From the NCBI GenBank assembly GCA_963708255.1, contig CAVPSE010000002.1, positions 1,461,842 through 1,525,841 of the forward strand: a stretch of 64,000 nt of DNA, written 5' to 3'. Origin of the DNA: an uncultured Thermoplasmata archaeon (GTDB lineage Archaea; Thermoplasmatota; Thermoplasmata; Lutacidiplasmatales; UBA184). Position numbers and translations under genes: made by a program. Positions 58,865 to 64,000 of the stretch are shown here, piece by piece. Under the pieces are notes generated by a model, which was given only the letters and a program-made list of their open reading frames with translations, did no database searches and had not been told where the DNA came from. Numbering within the stretch: position 1 is the first letter of the stretch; each line of letters opens with the position of its first letter.

Positions 58865-59731
58865 ATGGGCAGCGGACATCGTACAGGCCACCGTGGACGT
58901 GGCCGCGGGGGAGGGCCCCCGAATGCCTCCCGCGAACGGGTGCTAGTTCTTCCCGGGGAGGAGATCCCGGCCAACGGCCTGAAGCCGGGCCCGGGCACTT
59001 ATCGGGTCAACGGTCGCGTCTACGCGAGCGTCCTCGGCCTGCTCAATCACACTCCCCCCACCGTCCGGATCATCCCGCTGAGCGGGCGGTACATCCCCCA
59101 TCCGCAGGACGTCGTGATCGGGACCGTCACCGATGTACAGGGGACGTTCTGGCTTCTCGACATCGGCGCCCCCCGGTGGGCCCCGCTCCACATGACCGGC
59201 ACCCCGTGGAAGATCGACTTCGGGGAGACCGCCCAGTACCTCAAGGTCGGCAACTCGGTGGTCGTCGCCATCGAGGCGATCGAGAACACGGGCCGGATCG
59301 GCGTTACGATGCTCGGCGACGGCCTCGGGAAGCTCGAGGGCGGCAGCCTGGTGGAGATCTCCCCCGCCCGGGTCCCCCGGCTGATCGGCCGCGGCGGCTC
59401 GATGATCGGGACCATCACCCGCCTCACCGGATCGAAGGTCGTGGTCGGCCAGAACGGCCGGATCTGGATCGACGGGAGCCCGGAGGCGATCCTTCGGGTC
59501 ACCGAGGTCCTCCGGATGATCGAGGAGGAGGGGCAACGCCCCGGCCTCACCGAGCGCGTCCAGGGGTATCTCCAGTCGAGCGGCGGCGACCGGTCGGAAA
59601 CGGGGATAGGCGCCCCGCCCCGGCCGTGGACCCCCGGCGACGAGCCGATCCCCGGGCCCCCGCCCGGACCTTCGGACGACGATGACGAGACGGACGATAC
59701 GACGGGACCCCAACCGGGCCCCGATTTCTGA
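58865..59731 (+). CDS. rrp4: exosome complex RNA-binding protein Rrp4 (S1 + KH)
   Basis: VLVLPGEEI..., S1 domain DVVIGTVTDVQGTFWLLDIG, KH motif RLIGRGGSMI. Acidic/Pro-rich tail. A TTAAATA box lies 38 nt upstream. Confidence 0.9.
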   Translation: MGSGHRTGHRGRGRGGGPPNASRERVLVLPGEEIPANGLKPGPGTYRVNGRVYASVLGLLNHTPPTVRIIPLSGRYIPHPQDVVIGTVTDVQGTFWLLDIGAPRWAPLHMTGTPWKIDFGETAQYLKVGNSVVVAIEAIENTGRIGVTMLGDGLGKLEGGSLVEISPARVPRLIGRGGSMIGTITRLTGSKVVVGQNGRIWIDGSPEAILRVTEVLRMIEEEGQRPGLTERVQGYLQSSGGDRSETGIGAPPRPWTPGDEPIPGPPPGPSDDDDETDDTTGPQPGPDF

Positions 59732-59750
59732 CGGATCCTAGGAGAATCAT

Positions 59751-60509
59751 ATGGGAAGTGTAGGAGCGAAGGAGGTTCCGGTCCTCCTGACAGCGGACGG
59801 GAAGCGGATCGACGGACGCCGACTGGACGAGCTCAGGAGCCTCAAGATCACGGCCGGGGCCTTGCACGCCGCCGACGGCTCGGCGTTCGTGGAATGGGGC
59901 GCCAACAAGGTCATGGCCGCGGTGTACGGGCCCCGGGAGGTCCACCCGCGTCACCTTCAGGAGAATAACAAGGCGATCGTGCAGTGCCGCTACAACATGG
60001 CGGCGTTCTCGGTCGACGAGCGCAAGCGGCCCGGTCTCGACCGACGCTCCCAGGAGATCAGCAAGGTCATCGGGGAAGCGTTCGAGTCCGTGATCTTCGT
60101 GGAAGAATACCCCCGAACGAGCATTGACGTGTACATCGAGGTCCTCCAGGCGAACGCGGGGACCCGCTGCGCCGGCCTCGTGGCCGCTTCGGTGGCCCTC
60201 GCCGACGCCGGGATCCCGATGGTCGACCTCCTGCCCGCCGTGGCCGTCGGAAAGGTCGCCGGCGAGATCGTCCTCGATCTCAAGAAGGAGGAGGACAACT
60301 TTGGGGAGGCCGACCTCCCGATGGCCCTCGTGCCGCAGTCCGGCCGCCTGGTGCTCCTCCAGATGGAGGGCCACCTGACCAAGGCCGAGCTGTCCAAGGC
60401 CCTCGACCTCGGCGTGAAAGGCTGCCTGCAGGTCTATGAGGTCATGAAGGACGCCCTGCGGAGCCGCTACTCCGTGGGCCGCCCCGCCGCCGGGGAGGCC
60501 GCCGCATGA
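59751..60509 (+). CDS. rrp41: exosome complex exonuclease Rrp41 (RNase PH fold)
   Basis: Intact 252 aa. RIDGRRLDELRSLKITAGAL...GSAFVEWGANKVMAAVYGPRE. A GGAG lies 8 nt upstream of the ATG. Confidence 0.93.
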   Translation: MGSVGAKEVPVLLTADGKRIDGRRLDELRSLKITAGALHAADGSAFVEWGANKVMAAVYGPREVHPRHLQENNKAIVQCRYNMAAFSVDERKRPGLDRRSQEISKVIGEAFESVIFVEEYPRTSIDVYIEVLQANAGTRCAGLVAASVALADAGIPMVDLLPAVAVGKVAGEIVLDLKKEEDNFGEADLPMALVPQSGRLVLLQMEGHLTKAELSKALDLGVKGCLQVYEVMKDALRSRYSVGRPAAGEAAA

Positions 60510-61288
60510 GCGACGAGGTCACCGCCGAGATCCTCACGACCCACCTGCTCGAGCTCGCCCGCTCCGGCAAGCGCCTGGACGGCCGGGGCGCCGACGACTA
60601 CCGGGCGATCCACGTGGAGCCCGGCTTCGTCGCCTCCGCCGACGGGAGCGCCCTCGCCACCATCGGTAACACCAAGGTCGTCTCCGGCGTCAAGCTCGAG
60701 ATCGGCAAGCCGTACCCCGACACCCCCAACGCAGGTACCCTCACGACGAACGCCGAGCTTGTGCCCCTCTCCTCGCCGACGTTCGAGCCGGGCCCCCCTC
60801 ACCCGAGGGCCATCGAGGTGTCGCGTGTCGTCGACCGGGCGATCCGGGCCGCCGAGACGATCGACCTCAAGAAGCTCTGCGTGACCCCCGGGGAGAAGAA
60901 CTGGACCTGCTTCGTGGACATCCACGTCATCGACCACTCCGGGAACCTCATCGACACGGCCCTCCTGGCGGCGCTGACGGCGCTCAGCCACACGGTGACC
61001 CCGGCGAAGCGGTTCGGCGTCGGCGAGATCGACACGCCGCTCGTCGTCGACCATTTCCCGATCGAGTGCACGTTCGTGCGCCTCGGGGAGACGATCGTCG
61101 TGGACCCGTCCTTTGACGAGGAACGGGCCGGCCAGGGCCGCATCACGGTCGCCACCGACGAGGCGGGCAACGTGGTCGCCATGCAGAAGGGACTTATCGG
61201 AGCGTTCTCTCCGGACGACGTCCGGGACGTGGTGGACCGCGCCTTCCGCCACGGGGACCGAATGCGGGCCATCGCCCGCGGGAACTAG
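60506..61288 (+). CDS. rrp42: exosome complex protein Rrp42
   Basis: Intact 260 aa with an ATGA overlap with rrp41. KRLDGRGADDYRAIHVEPGFVASADGSALATIGNTKV. Confidence 0.92.
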   Translation: MSDEVTAEILTTHLLELARSGKRLDGRGADDYRAIHVEPGFVASADGSALATIGNTKVVSGVKLEIGKPYPDTPNAGTLTTNAELVPLSSPTFEPGPPHPRAIEVSRVVDRAIRAAETIDLKKLCVTPGEKNWTCFVDIHVIDHSGNLIDTALLAALTALSHTVTPAKRFGVGEIDTPLVVDHFPIECTFVRLGETIVVDPSFDEERAGQGRITVATDEAGNVVAMQKGLIGAFSPDDVRDVVDRAFRHGDRMRAIARGN

Positions 61289-61291
61289 GCC

Positions 61292-61592
61292 ATGAGCAAG
61301 CGCACCAAGAAGGTCGGCAACACGGGCTGGATGGGCGCCCGCTACGGGATCCGCATCCGCCGCCGGGTCCTGGACATCGACCGCGCGCGGGGCAAGGACG
61401 CGGCCTGCCCGAAGTGCTCCACGGTGACCGTCGGCCCGGGTCGCCTCGGGCGTCTTCGAGTGCCGCCGGTGCGGCGCCCGGTTCGCGTCCGGCGCGTACC
61501 TGTTCACCGCGCCGCCCCCGATCACCCGCTCCGAGAAGCCGGTCGAGAACGAGAAGGCGACCACGGGCCCGACGGGGCCGGGCCGGGAGTAG
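61292..61592 (+). CDS. rpl37ae: 50S ribosomal protein L37Ae (apparent frameshift at 61431-61441)
   Basis: MSKRTKKVGNTGWMGARYGIRIRRRVLDIDRARGKDAACPKCSTVTV continues in another frame as VASGVFECRRCGARFASGAYLFT..., with the stop at 61590-61592. As written, the first frame reads through into rpoP. Confidence 0.85.
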
Positions 61593-61597
61593 TCCCG

Positions 61598-61732
61598 ATG
61601 TTCCGTTGCATCCGCTGCGGCGAACCGCTCCCCACCGACTCGAACCTGTTCGGGGTCCGCTGCGACAACTGCGGCGGGAAGATCTTCACGAAGGAGCATC
61701 CCAACGTGAAGAAGGTCCTGAAGGCCCGGTAG
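61598..61732 (+). CDS. rpoP: DNA-directed RNA polymerase subunit P (Rpo12)
   Basis: MFRCIRCGEPLPTDSNLFGVRCDNCGGKIFTKEHPNVKKVLKAR, a 44-aa zinc ribbon (CxxC...CxxC). Confidence 0.85.
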   Translation: MFRCIRCGEPLPTDSNLFGVRCDNCGGKIFTKEHPNVKKVLKAR

Positions 61733-61772
61733 GCGCCCGAACCCTCTAACCCCTTCCGGGGCTTCCCCGCCC

Positions 61773-63114
61773 ATGGCCGGCCCCCGGATCACGTTCCTCG
61801 GCGGGGTCCGGGAGATCGGCGGCAACAAGATCGTCATCGAGGACGGGCCGGACCGGGTCCTGTTCGATTTCGGGCCGTCGTTCTCCGGGCGGACCGAGGA
61901 GTTCTACGTCAACTTCCTCCAGCCGAGGTCCACGAGCTACGTGAAGGACCTCCTGGAGTTCGACCTCCTGCCGAGGGTCCCGGGCCTCTACGACGAGGAG
62001 GCGCTCTACGGCGCCGACCTCCCGTACCAGCCCCCGGAGTTCCACGGGGTCTTCGTGAGCCACGCCCATTTCGACCATGCCGGTTTCCTGGAGCTCATCG
62101 ACCCGAAGATCCCGGTCTACGTCGGAGAGGGGACCCGGACCCTCTTCGACGCCATCGAGGGCTCGGGGAACGTGCGCTACGGCGACCACGATCTCCGGCC
62201 CCTGGCCCCCCGGTCCCCCGTCCGCGTGGGGAACCTGGAGGTCGTTGCCTACCCGGTGGACCACTCGATCCCCTGGGCGTACGGCTACCTGATCCGGACC
62301 CGGGAGGGCTCCATCGCCTACACGGGCGACTTCCGCGCGCACGGGCCCCGCGCCGCCGACACGCACGCGTTCCTGGAGGCGGTGCGCGACGAGAAGCCCC
62401 AGATGTTGATCATGGAGGGGACCCGGGCCGGACCCGACCCCCGGCGGAACTTCACCGAGCAGGGGGTCCGGGAGGGCGTGGACCGTCTCCTTGGGTCCAA
62501 TCCCCGCCTCGCCACGGTGAGCTGTTACCCAAGGGACATCGACCGGCTCGACGACCCTCTACCAGGCGGCCCAGGCGGCCGAGCGGGAGTTCGTCGTCTC
62601 CATGAAGACCGCCCATCTCCTGGCGACCGCGGCTCCGCTCCTCGGCAAGGAGGCGCCCGTCCCGGGCCGGGCGCCCGGCGTCCGCGTGTACCGGCGGACG
62701 AAGAAGACCTACTACAAGTTCGAGAAGCCGTTCCTCGACGACTCGGTGGACGCCCCGTACGTGCGCCAGCATGCCGGCACGCTCCTCCTCGAGCTCGGCC
62801 TCCAGCATTTCGCCGAGATGATCGACATCCGGCCGGAGGCGGGCAGCGCGTACATCCACTCCATGAGCGAGCCGTTCAGCGAGGACGACGTGGACGACCA
62901 GGTGCTCCACAACTGGGTCGATCACTTCGGCCTGGGGTACCACCAGTTCCACGCCTCGGGCCACTGCTCGGCGACCGAGCTTTGGGAGGTGGTCCGTCGT
63001 GTCCAGCCGGCGACCCTGGTCCCGATCCATACCGAGCACCCGGAGGCGTTCGAGAAGGCCGGGGTGCGCCTCCACCTCCCCGAGAAGTCCGTCCCGTTCC
63101 CCCTCGTCCCATAG
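61773..63114 (+). CDS. rnj: archaeal RNase J-like beta-CASP/MBL ribonuclease (apparent frameshift about 62548)
   Basis: ORF 61773..: ITFLGGVREIGGNKIVIEDG...VSHAHFDHAG...GDFR. It continues as TTLYQAAQAAEREFVVSMKTAHLL... in ORF 62602..63114 (HASGHCS, VPIHTEHP). Confidence 0.8.
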
Positions 63115-63162
63115 GCCGCCTCGCGGCTCGTCGTCTTAACCCCCGGCGACCGTTCCGCCCGA

Positions 63163-63837
63163 ATGCCCTCGGAGAAGTGCCCGACGGGCGTGGCCGGCAT
63201 CGACGCCCTCCTCGGCGGTGGGCTGGAGCCCGACGGGCTCACGGAGCTGTACGGCGAGGGGGGGAGCGGGAAGACCCTCCTGTGCCTGCAGGCCGCGACC
63301 CGGGTCGCGCTCGCGGACCGGTGGGTGTTCTACATCGACACCGAGGGGGTGAGCGTCGACCGGATGGAGGCGATCGCGAAAGGCCGGGTCGACCAGGTGC
63401 TCAAGCGCCTCCTCGTCACCACCCCGAAGAGCCTCGACGAGCAGACGGTGGCGGTCGGCAAGGCGTGCGAGCTCGCCCGAGAAGGCCGACGGCCCGTCGG
63501 GCTCATCGTCCTCGACTCGGCGACGTTCTACTACCGGCTCACCCTCTCCGGCGACGCGGAGGACGAGGGCCGCGCCTCCCTCGGCCTCCAGCTCGCGGAC
63601 CTCCTCGGCACCTCCCTCACCGTCGGGGTCCCGGTGGTGTTCACGAACCAGGTCTGGCGCAACCAGCGCGACGGCCAGCTCGAGCCGCTCGGAGGCTCCT
63701 TCGTGAACCACGCCGCCAAGACGATCCTTCGGCTCGACCGATTGCCTGGCGCCCGCCGGCGGGCGGTGCTTCGCAAGCACCGGTCCCGTCCGGAGGGGTC
63801 GGCCGACTTCCAGATCACGTCGGACGGGCTGATCTGA
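63163..63837 (+). CDS. radB: DNA repair and recombination protein RadB
   Basis: Intact 224 aa. Walker A GEGGSGKT, Walker B LIVLDS. The RadA-paralog core has no N-terminal HhH domain. Confidence 0.9.
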   Translation: MPSEKCPTGVAGIDALLGGGLEPDGLTELYGEGGSGKTLLCLQAATRVALADRWVFYIDTEGVSVDRMEAIAKGRVDQVLKRLLVTTPKSLDEQTVAVGKACELAREGRRPVGLIVLDSATFYYRLTLSGDAEDEGRASLGLQLADLLGTSLTVGVPVVFTNQVWRNQRDGQLEPLGGSFVNHAAKTILRLDRLPGARRRAVLRKHRSRPEGSADFQITSDGLI

Positions 63838-63854
63838 ACCGGCGGCAGCACGAG

Positions 63855-63861
63855 GTATAAG
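63855..63861 (+). promoter_or_regulatory. TATA-like element (GTATAAG)
   Basis: Lies about 24 nt upstream of ATG 63884. Confidence 0.4.
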
Positions 63862-63883
63862 CCCCGGAGCCGGTCCGGGGCTG

Positions 63884-64000
63884 ATGGCCCCGCCGCTCGA
63901 GTTCGCGGAGGTCGATACCCCCATCGGGACCTTCCGGGTCGTCTACGACGGCCGCTCGGTGAAGGCGGTGGACCTCCTGGAGCGCGGCCTCCCCCAGAGC
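63884..64000 (+). CDS. partial CDS, possibly the N-terminal domain of a methylated-DNA-protein-cysteine methyltransferase (Ogt)-like protein
   Basis: MAPPLEFAEVDTPIGTFRVVYDGRSVKAVDLLERGLPQS. The TPIG...L pattern resembles MGMT N-terminal domains. Only 39 codons are visible. Confidence 0.35.
   Translation, partial: MAPPLEFAEVDTPIGTFRVVYDGRSVKAVDLLERGLPQS

Noticed and set aside
1-64000. Programmed ribosomal frameshifting or alternative genetic code as an explanation for the broken genes
   Set aside because: The sites share no slippery-heptamer or structure pattern that I can see. They occur in both directions (+1 and -1) and at many positions per gene. In-frame stop codons are not reused consistently.
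1-64000. CRISPR arrays, rRNA genes, transposases or prophage genes
   Set aside because: My scan found no regularly spaced direct repeats, no rRNA-like conserved segments and no recognisable transposase, integrase or capsid signatures.

Overview
Very GC-rich 64 kb archaeal chromosome segment. It looks euryarchaeal, probably Thermoplasmata-like. Evidence for this: RadB; the exosome superoperon (psmA, SBDS, rrp4, rrp41, rrp42, L37Ae, rpoP); aSUI1; a thermopsin-like protease; an intron-containing tRNA-Trp; and TATA-like boxes about 23-30 nt upstream of several start codons. I support about 55 protein genes and 2 tRNAs. I see no rRNA, CRISPR array, transposase or integrase. Gene content is housekeeping and metabolism (aconitase, GlyRS, PurQ, MoeA, UvrB, Lhr-type helicase, Trm1, aminotransferase). 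There are also three membrane-anchored, sequon-rich surface proteins, two ABC-2 exporter loci, a MOP-type flippase, an iron/B12-type ABC importer, a P-type ATPase and a class III nucleotidyl cyclase. The dominant technical observation is that roughly half of the genes change reading frame at least once, usually at short G or C runs. The disruptions are densest between 32.4 and 43.3 kb. Many ORF-track entries are therefore fragments of one gene, and I give reconstructed locus spans. Many long ORFs in the track are Arg/Gly/Pro-rich antisense or off-frame artefacts of the high GC content. The most interesting biology is: a GcvH-like (lipoyl-Lys replaced by Arg) / TusA-like fusion next to a rhodanese; a TolB-like/TPR/class III cyclase protein; a thermopsin-like multidomain surface protease; an importer ATPase followed by an extra uncharacterised domain; and the tRNA-Trp intron. 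I found no clearly novel multi-gene system that I can defend from sequence alone.
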